This document shows positions 28,870 through 37,339 of a stretch of 40,722 bases of DNA, one piece after another. The DNA is from a virus (Duplodnaviria; Caudoviricetes). The stretch is taken from positions 1 to 40,722 of the IMG/VR virus record IMGVR_UViG_3300032320_001415. The stretch is one strand, 5' to 3'. A model generated the notes under the pieces. That model was given only the letters and a program-made list of their open reading frames with translations, was not told the origin of the DNA and did no database searches. The translations under genes were made by a program, and so were the position numbers. The number at the start of each line of letters is the position of its first letter. The stretch's first letter is position 1.

Positions 28870-29285
28870 CCTTAGAGTGTGATGTTTCCCCACTGACGCT
28901 GTCGTGTGTCAGGTGTGGCGCAAAGGTAAGCGCGCCGCGTGTTCGCAGGAACTGCGCTGCAGCCAGCAGTCAATCTGCCGAGCAGAAAAGCATCCACACT
29001 CGTGCCTCACTTCCGTTGCCTCCTCCGCCCGCCCACGGCCCCGGCACCGAGCTTTCCAAGCTGCTGAAGCGGCTCGGCATCGAGCCGACGCCGACCTGCG
29101 CCTGCCGAGCCAAGGCGGCAGAGATGGACGCCTGGGGCTGCGACGAAGCAAGCAAGCCGGAACGTATCGACGAGGTCGTGGCGGTCATGCGCGCAGAGGC
29201 ACAGGCACGCGGCCTGCCGTTCCTCGCCGCCGCCGGGCGGCTCCTCGTGCGTCGGGCTATCCATAACGCCCGCCGTCGTGCTTGA
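28866..29285 (+). CDS. Cys-containing hypothetical protein
   Basis: CVRCG; GPGTEL..LL..LGI...CAC; ATGA coupling. Confidence 0.65.
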   Translation: MTLECDVSPLTLSCVRCGAKVSAPRVRRNCAAASSQSAEQKSIHTRASLPLPPPPAHGPGTELSKLLKRLGIEPTPTCACRAKAAEMDAWGCDEASKPERIDEVVAVMRAEAQARGLPFLAAAGRLLVRRAIHNARRRA

Positions 29286-29324
29286 CGCGCCTGTCACGCT
29301 GTAGGCGTCACAGGAGCGACGCCC

Positions 29325-29546
29325 ATGCCACGGCCACGGAAGCAGCCCAAGCCTGACGCCGTCATCCTGCCCCCGGAGCTTGACGACGATGACGAAGAAG
29401 GCGGCAGTGTCATCCCCGACGATGACGGCTGGATCACCCTCAAGCAGAGCAGCGGAGATTCTGGCGCTGGCACAGGCGTCGGGCCAGACGAGGTGGCTCA
29501 CCGCCCTGTCGCCAAGCGAAAAAGAACTCCTCGTAGAGATTCGTGA
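29325..29546 (+). CDS. Small acidic/basic hypothetical protein
   Basis: RBS AGGAG then ATG 29325. Confidence 0.5.
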   Translation: MPRPRKQPKPDAVILPPELDDDDEEGGSVIPDDDGWITLKQSSGDSGAGTGVGPDEVAHRPVAKRKRTPRRDS

Positions 29547-29685
29547 CCGCTGGCGTGCGACTCGCGAGATGACGGGCGTGTCGGCCGCATCGCTGGCGAA
29601 GACGCTGATCGCCCAAATGCCAGAGACAAGATTTCCGCGGGTGAAAGGATTGGCGGAATGGCTCCTCCACGCCGACGCGCTGTAG
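29380..29685 (+). CDS. Hypothetical protein (start uncertain, probably ~29460)
   Basis: Globular-looking helical C-terminal part immediately before the phosphoesterase. Confidence 0.45.
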   Translation: MTTMTKKAAVSSPTMTAGSPSSRAAEILALAQASGQTRWLTALSPSEKELLVEIRDRWRATREMTGVSAASLAKTLIAQMPETRFPRVKGLAEWLLHADAL

Positions 29686-30872
29686 AGATTCTCGCGGCTG
29701 CGTCCGCTGGTTCCTCGCCGAAGCCAGCACCGGATGCCGAGCAGGTCACGCAGCGGCGTGATGGCGACGTGCTCGAGGCACGGTCCACGAGCCGTCGAAT
29801 CAAGACGGTCGAGGATCTGCTGCGGCACATCGAGGCAGACCTTGAGCGCTACGAGGTCGCCGCCAGTGAGGCAACGAAATGGGAGTGTGCGACTGCTGGA
29901 GATGACGGCGAGCCGATCGTCACCGAGTTGCATCGTGTGTTCGTGCGTCTCAAGCCACGCGGCGGCCCGACGACGAAAGAGATCGTCGAGGCGATGATTG
30001 CCGGTGCGGCTGGCGGCATCCGCCGGCCCTTGACCAAAGCTGTCAAAGCAAAGAAATCAGACACGCATGCCGTTCTCGTCGTTGCCGACACGCACGTCGG
30101 CAAGTACGCATGGGCCGCGGGCACCGGCCACGATGACTACGACATCGCCATTGCAGCGGCACGGATCGCGGAGGCATCCGGCCACCTGCTTGACGTATGT
30201 CATTCCTACAAGCCCGCCCGCATCCTCGTCGCGTATATCGGCGACTTGTTCCACGCGGACACGCCTGGGCTGACGACAACAGGCGGCACGGCACTTGCGG
30301 GCAGCACTGATGGCCGGCTGCAGAAGATGATCAACGAGGGAACTGATGCCCTGTTGCAGATCGTGGAGAAGTCGGCCGCCATCGCACCAACTGATGCACT
30401 TGTCGTGAACGGAAACCACGACGAGACGCTGTCGTGGGCGTATCAACGCATCATGCGTGAGCGTTTCCGCAACGACCGGCGAGTCACCGTATCGGGTGCG
30501 TTCACGGGCAGGCAGTATGCGAAGGTGGGTCTCAACCTACTGGGCTTCGCACACGGGCATCGTGCAAAGAAGAAGCTGCCGCAGCTGATGGCACTTGAGC
30601 AGGCCGCGGCGTGGAGCACCTGCCCGTATCGCGAATGGCACACGGGCCACCTGCACCACCAGGCCGCCGAGTGGAGCCGCCCCATTGAGACGATTGATGG
30701 AGTGCTCGTGCGTATCGCCCCCTCGCTTTCTGCGCCAGATGACTACCACACGACGAATGGCTGGGTTGGGCAGAGAGAGGCAATGGAATGTTTTTTCTAC
30801 AACCAAGAAGGCGGGCTGCACGCCATGCACGTAGCAGGCCCGATAAGGAATGCCGAAGCAAGAAACGGATGA
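29658..30872 (+). CDS. Calcineurin-like metallophosphoesterase
   Basis: DTHVG, IGDLFH, GNHD, HGH, GHLH motifs. Confidence 0.9.
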   Translation: MAPPRRRAVEILAAASAGSSPKPAPDAEQVTQRRDGDVLEARSTSRRIKTVEDLLRHIEADLERYEVAASEATKWECATAGDDGEPIVTELHRVFVRLKPRGGPTTKEIVEAMIAGAAGGIRRPLTKAVKAKKSDTHAVLVVADTHVGKYAWAAGTGHDDYDIAIAAARIAEASGHLLDVCHSYKPARILVAYIGDLFHADTPGLTTTGGTALAGSTDGRLQKMINEGTDALLQIVEKSAAIAPTDALVVNGNHDETLSWAYQRIMRERFRNDRRVTVSGAFTGRQYAKVGLNLLGFAHGHRAKKKLPQLMALEQAAAWSTCPYREWHTGHLHHQAAEWSRPIETIDGVLVRIAPSLSAPDDYHTTNGWVGQREAMECFFYNQEGGLHAMHVAGPIRNAEARNG

Positions 30873-31584
30873 ACAGCGAGATCGAAGGCTTGCCTACTCG
30901 CGTGCTTACAAAGAATCTCCTGAGCAAAAAGAGAGGAGGCGTGAGCGAGATAGGATTCGCCAATCGAGAAAGCGTTCCTTGATGACTACAGAAGAAAAGA
31001 GAAAACACGCAGCGTGGCAATCTGAATACCAGAAAAAAAGAAGGGCGTTGCAATCTCCAGAAGAACGAAGTGCGCACAGAAGGCGGGTTTATCATAAATA
31101 CAAAAGCGATGCCTACCGTGCAGTGTCTGCTGACTACATGCGGCGCAGGCGAAGGCAAAACCCAAGTGCGGCAATAGCTGAACGTCTGCGTGCCCGCATA
31201 AAAGCTGCCACTAGGGCCGGCGGCGCAGCAAAGGCGTCTGGTATTGGTGCGACTACTGGATGCAGTTCTGCCGAGCTAAGTCAGTGGATAGAGAAGCAGT
31301 TCCTTCCAGGCATGACATGGGACAATCGGAGCGAGTGGCACATAGACCACATTATCCCATGCAGCGCGTTCAACATGACGGACGTGTCCCAGCAGCAGGT
31401 TGCGTTTCACTTCACAAACCTGCGGCCTCTATGGGCGAGAGACAACCTATTGAAGCGAGGTAAGGTGCCGGCGTATCAGCTGCGGTTTCTGTGGACATTG
31501 TGTGACATCGCGCTGGCCAGAAAACGGCTTGGGCTGCTTGCGTCGCCATCCGTACAGAGGCTGGACCGCTCCGCTATGACATAA
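30850..31584 (+). CDS. HNH-type endonuclease with basic N-terminus; paralog of 44..532
   Basis: GCS..EL..WIEKQF.PGMTWDN..WHIDHIIP...FHFTNLRPLW..DNL.K; more AT-rich than flanks. Confidence 0.8.
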   Translation: MPKQETDEQRDRRLAYSRAYKESPEQKERRRERDRIRQSRKRSLMTTEEKRKHAAWQSEYQKKRRALQSPEERSAHRRRVYHKYKSDAYRAVSADYMRRRRRQNPSAAIAERLRARIKAATRAGGAAKASGIGATTGCSSAELSQWIEKQFLPGMTWDNRSEWHIDHIIPCSAFNMTDVSQQQVAFHFTNLRPLWARDNLLKRGKVPAYQLRFLWTLCDIALARKRLGLLASPSVQRLDRSAMT

Positions 31585-31614
31585 GCATTCACCGGAAACC
31601 ACGAAAGGGACACG

Positions 31615-32106
31615 ATGACCATCACGCTCGACGAATCCGTATCCGCAGTCCGCTCTGCCGTCGAAGCTCGCCTGGCGGCCACGCCAGCCGATGATCCGAA
31701 GCTGACGGGCTATCGCCTGCCGGGCGACGGCATCCTCAACGCCAGCCCCGAGACCTACGCGGAGTGGACGCCGCCAGCGTTTGCGTCTGCACGTGCCGAC
31801 GTGCATCCGACGTCGCAGCAGTTCTTCGACCTCTGCGATGCCATCAAGGAAATGCACCGGAGGAAGTCTGCCGACTACGGGTGTCCGAGCGGCACGGACC
31901 CGCTCGCCAACATCCGCAACGGCGCGAAGTTCGTCGGGATTCCGGCGTGGAAGGGCGCGATGGTGCGGTTGAGCGACAAGGTCACGCGGCTCGCCGCGTA
32001 CAACGCCACCGGCCGGCTGGAGAACGAATCGCTCGAGGACAACCTTTTCGACCTGGCGTCCTACGCGCTGCTGGCTTTGCTCTTGCACCGCGAGGAACAG
32101 CATTGA
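31615..32106 (+). CDS. DUF1599/nucleotide-modification-associated (MazG-like fold) protein
   Basis: K..DYG, VRLSDKVTRL, ESLEDNLFDLASYA. Confidence 0.7.
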   Translation: MTITLDESVSAVRSAVEARLAATPADDPKLTGYRLPGDGILNASPETYAEWTPPAFASARADVHPTSQQFFDLCDAIKEMHRRKSADYGCPSGTDPLANIRNGAKFVGIPAWKGAMVRLSDKVTRLAAYNATGRLENESLEDNLFDLASYALLALLLHREEQH

Positions 32107-32300
32107 CCGACCTAGAGGCTCGCGTATCCGCTCTCGAGCAGAACGTGCTGGCGATCGCCAGGGCGGTGAGCGAGATTGCGACGACGCATACGCTATTCGC
32201 GACGGCGGCCGTAGCTCACCTGCAAGGCATCTCCGCGGAGGTCAAGGCGATGCGGGCCGACCTCGACGATGACGACGACGAGTGGAAGGATTTCTCGTGA
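32103..32300 (+). CDS. Small coiled-coil hypothetical protein
   Basis: TTG start overlapping previous stop; LEARVSALE. Confidence 0.5.
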   Translation: MTDLEARVSALEQNVLAIARAVSEIATTHTLFATAAVAHLQGISAEVKAMRADLDDDDDEWKDFS

Positions 32301-32521
32301 GCGTGACTCTGAGCGACGACGAGGTGCAGTCGATGGAGCACGCTGCTCGTCGATTCTGCGGTGCGTTTACGGGCACGAGCGGCACTCTCGCGGGCATGGT
32401 GCTGCGATGCCTGGCCGAGAGGAAGCGGCTGCTCGCGGAGGTGAATCACCTGACGGTAGAGCTTGCCAGACGTGAAGAGATTCGCAGGCCGCTGCCAGCG
32501 TTGGCAAGCGTGCCTGACTGA
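32297..32521 (+). CDS. Small hypothetical protein
   Basis: GTGA coupling; GAFTGTSGTLA. Confidence 0.55.
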   Translation: MSVTLSDDEVQSMEHAARRFCGAFTGTSGTLAGMVLRCLAERKRLLAEVNHLTVELARREEIRRPLPALASVPD

Positions 32522-32585
32522 GCCGGGCGGGCGCGGCGGCCGGGGTGTCTCCTTTCCACCCTGGTCGCCCCCGCCGGCTCGGTCA
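32515..32585. terminator. Long GC-rich hairpin between convergent genes
   Basis: TGACTGAGCCGG/CCGGCTCGGTCA outer stem, GGCGGCCGGGGTG/CACCCTGGTCGCC inner stem, loop TCTCCTTTC. Confidence 0.6.
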
Positions 32586-32595
32586 CGCCGCTGCT

Positions 32596-32946
32596 TCACA
32601 AGTCCCGCTCGTAGCCAGCGAAATCACCTCCTCCTAGCAGGTCGCTGTCTGCCTCAACAAGCACAGCCTCCTTGGCGCACGTGACCATCCCAATCACGCG
32701 ACTGATAAATCCTGGCACGACCTCGTCATCGCCCCAATCGCCGCGCTCGTCTTCGCGGACTGCACGCGACTGCATCGCCCATGCGACTACAGGCGTCCGG
32801 CTGCCGTCCTCATAGGTCGCCCAGTAGCCTGTGGCGGGAATGATCTGCACTTCTTCAAAATTAGTCCCAAGGCTCCAGCCAGCAGGGACGATCTTGCCAG
32901 CCATAGTCGGTGCCTTGACTTTCGCGGACTTTTTCTTCTTCGCCAT
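32596..32946 (-). CDS. Hypothetical protein downstream of integrase
   Basis: RBS AAGGAGAG on the minus strand; IIPATGYWA...PVVAWA. Confidence 0.7.
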   Translation of the reverse strand: MAKKKKSAKVKAPTMAGKIVPAGWSLGTNFEEVQIIPATGYWATYEDGSRTPVVAWAMQSRAVREDERGDWGDDEVVPGFISRVIGMVTCAKEAVLVEADSDLLGGGDFAGYERDL

Positions 32947-32987
32947 CGGTTCTCTCCTTTTCGTGGATGGGGCAGTCTAGCAATGAT

Positions 32988-33917
32988 TCACGCCGCCGGG
33001 TTTTCCGGCGGTTTGTCGGAGAGGTCGAGCGTGGGCAGGGACTCCACGCTGGTCCGTTCCGGCGGGCAGATTGCCGGATCTACATAGAGGTCTGCGAGCC
33101 TCGGGTTGCTGTGATCCAGCAGGGCGGTCGCTGCGGCCTTTCCGTGCCGCAGAGCGGTGTAGCTGGCTGCCGCACGCCGAAGCCCGTGAAAGCCCCTGTA
33201 GGTGACGGCAGCCTTGTTGCAGAGCATTTTGAGCGACGTCCAGATGGAGTCGCGTGACATCCTGTCCCAGTGCCACACAAGGTCATCCGGCTGCCCCTTT
33301 CGCGTCCGCAACATCTTCGCCAAGTCAGGCGTGATCTCACGCACGATGTCGCGGGTGTGTCCCTTGCGGGTATCCGCCAAGAAGACGATGCGGCAGTTGT
33401 CGAGGTCGACTTCGGACCACCTGACCGACAGCAGGGCGGAAATCCGCTCGGCTGTGCAGTACGCCGTGTAGATCAGCGTTGGCCACCACCAGGCTGCCGG
33501 TTGCCCGCCGACATACCGCGGGCGGCGGCGAGCGGTCACGATGAGCTTGGCGACGTCCTCGGCTGTATAGGCCCGTGGAATGCGTTGTGGCACACGCATA
33601 CGGGCAAGGGCCGGGAACTCTGCCGCCAGCTTCTTGCGGGCTGCGAAATTCCACAACGCCACCAGCTGCGTCCGGTCCTTCAGCACGCTGGCTGGCTTGG
33701 GAATCCGTCCCCTGTGCGGCGTCTTTGCCCGCCATCGCAGGAACTTGCTGACCACCATGTCGTCGAGGTCAGTGGCCGTGGGAACCTTGGCAACGTCTCC
33801 CGACTCAATCCGCAAGAAATCACGGAACCTGTCGAGCGTGCAGGTGTATAGCTCAATCGTCCGGTCGGACAGGTTATTGAGCACGGCGTATCGGTCGAGA
33901 ATCTCGTACAGCGTCAT
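32988..33917 (-). CDS. int: Tyrosine integrase/recombinase
   Basis: ERISALL.VRWSEVD (R), K, FHGLRR (HxxR), LDHS, LY catalytic Tyr; ATG 33917. Confidence 0.9.
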   Translation of the reverse strand: MTLYEILDRYAVLNNLSDRTIELYTCTLDRFRDFLRIESGDVAKVPTATDLDDMVVSKFLRWRAKTPHRGRIPKPASVLKDRTQLVALWNFAARKKLAAEFPALARMRVPQRIPRAYTAEDVAKLIVTARRRPRYVGGQPAAWWWPTLIYTAYCTAERISALLSVRWSEVDLDNCRIVFLADTRKGHTRDIVREITPDLAKMLRTRKGQPDDLVWHWDRMSRDSIWTSLKMLCNKAAVTYRGFHGLRRAAASYTALRHGKAAATALLDHSNPRLADLYVDPAICPPERTSVESLPTLDLSDKPPENPAA

Positions 33918-34107
33918 CGGAGCACCTCGTCGCGGGTGCATCCATGCGACCAATCCGACGCCGACCTACGACGTCAGATTCCATGCCGATGCCACCACAG
34001 ACAGGCATACTATACACCCGTACAACTCCCATGCCCTCCGCTGATACCTGGCTCGGCTGCCCCCATCCTACGCGGGGCGCTGGGGCGGTTTCCAGCAATG
34101 GGTGCGT

Positions 34108-34135
34108 TTGATTTGCAAAGCCCCGTTGATACGAT
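34108..34135 (+). promoter_or_regulatory. Sigma70-like promoter, probably giving a leaderless mRNA
   Basis: TTGATT-N16-TACGAT ending 6 nt before ATG 34142; no clear SD. Confidence 0.5.
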
Positions 34136-34141
34136 TGGGGA

Positions 34142-34456
34142 ATGATCGCTGTGGCCAAAGATTTCGACGCCCAAAAAGAGCTGATGACCGTCCAGCAGGT
34201 AATGGACGCCATAGGTGCTCGAGCCCCGTCCACGGTGACGCGGCTCATTGGTGCAAAGCGGCTGCGGGCCACCAAGATTGGCTCAATGGGCTGGCTCGTC
34301 TACCGCGACAGCGTCACTGAGTTTCTTGCGGCAGAGCAGAAAGCTGGCCCTACTGTTGGTTTCCCGAGAGGCGGGGTTCGATCCAAAGAGCCGGAACGCA
34401 AGCCGCCCAAGGCAGCCAAGGCGTCAAAGCCTGCCAAGAAGCCTCGTCGGGGCTGA
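34142..34456 (+). CDS. MerR/Xis-like HTH DNA-binding protein
   Basis: LMTVQQV...IG...STVTRLI...LRATKIG...WLV; divergent from integrase. Confidence 0.8.
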   Translation: MIAVAKDFDAQKELMTVQQVMDAIGARAPSTVTRLIGAKRLRATKIGSMGWLVYRDSVTEFLAAEQKAGPTVGFPRGGVRSKEPERKPPKAAKASKPAKKPRRG

Positions 34457-34497
34457 GAATTTTTGAGAATTTGAGTTTTTCCCGGCATTTGCCCCTA

Positions 34498-34526
34498 TTG
34501 AATATGCAAAGACTTGCCGATATGAT
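34498..34526 (+). promoter_or_regulatory. Sigma70-like early promoter
   Basis: TTGAAT-N17-TATGAT in an AT-rich intergenic region. Confidence 0.7.
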
Positions 34527-34577
34527 TAGGGCGTGCGAGCAAGTGAGACTCGCGGACGACGAACCGGAGACGAAACG

Positions 34578-34961
34578 ATGCTGACCAAGACCACAACGAG
34601 CGTCCAGACGATCGACAGGAATCACGTCAACATCGGAGGGCACGAGGTTGCCTGCACGTGGGACGCGAACGGCGCTCACATTTCAATCGACAGCCTGCAG
34701 TCAATCAAAGACGCTGGCCACGCCAACTGGATTTGTGATGAGATGTGCGAAATCGCTTGGCACGCTGAGTCTCTGATGGATCAGGCATACACGAAGGCGT
34801 ATGACATCGTGATCTACGAGGGATGCAACAACGATCAGATCCATGTCCTCGATTCTATTCGCGTGGACAACGACGCCGCCGCGAACGCCTATGCAGATGA
34901 TCACTATGCCGATCACGAGTGGTACATCCTTGATGCAGAAGGCAACAACATCAACGGCTAA
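34578..34961 (+). CDS. Early hypothetical acidic protein
   Basis: RBS GGAG, ATG 34578. Confidence 0.65.
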   Translation: MLTKTTTSVQTIDRNHVNIGGHEVACTWDANGAHISIDSLQSIKDAGHANWICDEMCEIAWHAESLMDQAYTKAYDIVIYEGCNNDQIHVLDSIRVDNDAAANAYADDHYADHEWYILDAEGNNING

Positions 34962-35051
34962 ATCGCACAAGGGTGGGGCCACCCGGCCCGCCGCAAGCTG
35001 CGAACCGGGTGGCGATTCACACACAGGATTCTCTGGCCAAGGAGGGCCGCC

Positions 35052-35195
35052 ATGAAACGCCACATAGACCGACTCATTCAAGCGTTGGTCTTCATCCGCC
35101 TCGGCCAGGACATTGGAGCCGACACGCCAGCCGCACGATCAATACACGGATTTATTGAATTGCTGGTTAGTCTGCCAGCAGCGTGGTTTCGGTGA
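35052..35195 (+). CDS. 47-aa protein absent from the ORF track
   Basis: RBS AAGGAGG; MKRHIDRLIQALVFIRLGQDIGADTPAARSIHGFIELLVSLPAAWFR*. Confidence 0.6.
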   Translation: MKRHIDRLIQALVFIRLGQDIGADTPAARSIHGFIELLVSLPAAWFR

Positions 35196-35217
35196 AATGC
35201 AATGCAAGGAGGCTGGC

Positions 35218-35892
35218 ATGGAACACGAACTCTTTAGGATTGGAAATCTGTACTGCGGCGTCTGGTGCCGCTCAACCAAGTACAGCTCCTACGACAACGT
35301 ATACGCGGTCAACCTTGGAAAGCACGGCGATGAGTTCCTTATGCGAGTCCATAAGGTGGTTGGGACGCTCGCGAATGGCAACTCATTTGCCGGATTTCTG
35401 ATCGACTCTTTGAACGTCGCAGGCGCTGCAACCACGCTGTCAGACGCCTACAACGAGTGCCAAGGAGATTTGCCGCGACTTCGAGACTGGGTTGTCGTGA
35501 CTGCTGAATCTGCCGAGGATGCGCTCGCTCACTGCGACGTCGCTGACGTGCGTCACGACATCCTAAATCCACGCCCAGAGTCTTTTTGTGGCGTCTACTT
35601 TGCGAGCAACGGCAACGGCTGCGTCAAGGTCGGCCAGACCACATACCCGCTCAGGACACGCATAGCTCAAATTCAGGCTGGTTCTCCGCATCGGCTCTAC
35701 GTCTGCGCCACGATCACAACCGGCGACCGAAGGGTAATCGAGAAACAGATTCACAAGTCTCTCGCTGGCCTGCGACTGCATGGCGAATGGTTCACCATGA
35801 CAGATGACGAAGCCATTGCCATTGCCAAGCAGTACGGCGGTCATCAAGTGCAGCAAGGCAGCAATGAAAGAACGACTTTCTCTTCCTGTTGA
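35218..35892 (+). CDS. GIY-YIG (T5orf172-like) nuclease-domain protein
   Basis: VYF...VKVGQT...R...Q.GSP...E..IH...GEWF; RBS AGGAGG. Confidence 0.85.
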   Translation: MEHELFRIGNLYCGVWCRSTKYSSYDNVYAVNLGKHGDEFLMRVHKVVGTLANGNSFAGFLIDSLNVAGAATTLSDAYNECQGDLPRLRDWVVVTAESAEDALAHCDVADVRHDILNPRPESFCGVYFASNGNGCVKVGQTTYPLRTRIAQIQAGSPHRLYVCATITTGDRRVIEKQIHKSLAGLRLHGEWFTMTDDEAIAIAKQYGGHQVQQGSNERTTFSSC

Positions 35893-36023
35893 CAAATGCA
35901 AAAAGGTTTGCCAACGTATGCAAAGCATAGTGCGTATCCGGGTCGACTGGTGAACACAACAACCACTCCCGCAACCTGCGTTTCGCCGCAGGAAAACAGC
36001 ATCGAAAATCCTTTTTGCGACGC

Positions 36024-36051
36024 TTGACCATCACCTGTACGGGCGTATAGT
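36024..36051 (+). promoter_or_regulatory. Sigma70-like promoter for the recombination/replication operon
   Basis: TTGACC-N16-TATAGT upstream of RBS AAGGAG. Confidence 0.65.
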
Positions 36052-36081
36052 TGCGCCCTGCACACGAAGGAGATCACCCAC

Positions 36082-36306
36082 ATGGATTCGCACAGATCGG
36101 AATACCTCGCCGCCGTCGAGGGAATGGCCGAGCACACGATGCCGTCGGCCATGCACCGCACCTACGCCGTCGGCGACTACGTCAGCGGCGTCAGCTGCGG
36201 CAAACCCTGGTCGGGGCGCATCGATTGGTTTTTCGACAACGGCGACGCCTGCGTCGACGTCGGCGGGGCGTGGCTGTCGGTGCCCGTGAGAGACATCACG
36301 TTTTGA
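36082..36306 (+). CDS. Small SH3-like hypothetical protein
   Basis: RBS AAGGAG; VGDYVSG...WSGRI. Confidence 0.65.
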   Translation: MDSHRSEYLAAVEGMAEHTMPSAMHRTYAVGDYVSGVSCGKPWSGRIDWFFDNGDACVDVGGAWLSVPVRDITF

Positions 36307-36443
36307 GAGGACCGCCTGCCGTCGGAGACGGCTTGCGGAAGGAGTGCGGTGGAACCGCAGCAGCAGGGACGCAGCAACACCCGGCGAGCAGGACGCGGAG
36401 CCGGGATTTCATCAACGGACGGAAACGCAGAAAGGACGCGGAC

Positions 36444-37328
36444 ATGACGGTACAGATCAGAAAGGCGAAGCGGTCGGCAACAAAGCTGCGGCTGCTTCTC
36501 ACGGGACCGAGCGGCAGCGGAAAGACCTGGGGAGCCCTGCAAATCGCCAAGGGGCTCGGCGGCAAGACTGTGGTCATCGACACGGAGGAAGGCAGTAGCG
36601 ATCTCTACGACACGCTGCACGACTTCGACGTCATCGACCTCAAGCCTCCGTTCACGCCAGAGCGGTACATCGAGGCGATCACTGGGGCCGAAGACGCTGG
36701 CTACGACGTCATCGTCGTCGACAGCGTCACGCACTGCTGGAGTGGCCCTGGCGGATGCTTGGAGTTGCTGGAAGAGATCGCAAAGGCTCAGTTCCGCGGC
36801 AACACGTGGTCGGCGTTCTCGGTCATCACGCCTCGGTGGCGGGCATTTGTCGACAAGCTGTTGCGGTCGCCCGCCCACATCATCTGCTCGGGCCGGTCAA
36901 AGACCGAGACGGCCCAGGTGGACGACCACGGCAAGAAGAAGGTCGCCAAGCTCGGCATGAAGCTCGAGGCCCGCGACGGCCTGGAGTTTGAATTCACGTG
37001 CGTGCTCGACCTCATTCACGACGGGCACTACGCGACGGTGAGCAAGGACCGCACGGGCCTGTTCGCCGGCGATCCCAAGCCCATCACGCCAGAGACCGGC
37101 AAGCGTATCGCGGAGTGGCTGGCCGGCGGCAAGCCCGTCGAGGATCAGGCGGTGATCGACGGTGCTCGCAAGGCGATCAGCGACGCAGCCAGCGTCGAGA
37201 CGCTCGACAGATTGAACCAGCGGATAGCCCAGCGGTTGACCGAGGGGCGGATCTCGCAGGCGACGGCTGAATCGCTGGCGGCAGCGATCGCGGACAAGAG
37301 GAACGGACTGACCATCACCACAGCTTGA
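36444..37328 (+). CDS. AAA_24/Sak4-like recombination ATPase
   Basis: GPSGSGKT, VIDTE, VVDSVTH, EFEFT, KDRT. Confidence 0.88.
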   Translation: MTVQIRKAKRSATKLRLLLTGPSGSGKTWGALQIAKGLGGKTVVIDTEEGSSDLYDTLHDFDVIDLKPPFTPERYIEAITGAEDAGYDVIVVDSVTHCWSGPGGCLELLEEIAKAQFRGNTWSAFSVITPRWRAFVDKLLRSPAHIICSGRSKTETAQVDDHGKKKVAKLGMKLEARDGLEFEFTCVLDLIHDGHYATVSKDRTGLFAGDPKPITPETGKRIAEWLAGGKPVEDQAVIDGARKAISDAASVETLDRLNQRIAQRLTEGRISQATAESLAAAIADKRNGLTITTA

Positions 37329-37339
37329 AAGGATGCAGC

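Noticed and set aside
33170-33210. Self-targeting of this phage's integrase by the first tract
   Set aside because: Own motif is YRGFHGLRRAA, which does not fit GT CG CT CA GA CT CG CG AC
32590-34140. attP site near the integrase
   Set aside because: No tRNA-like core or convincing arm repeats could be identified by eye
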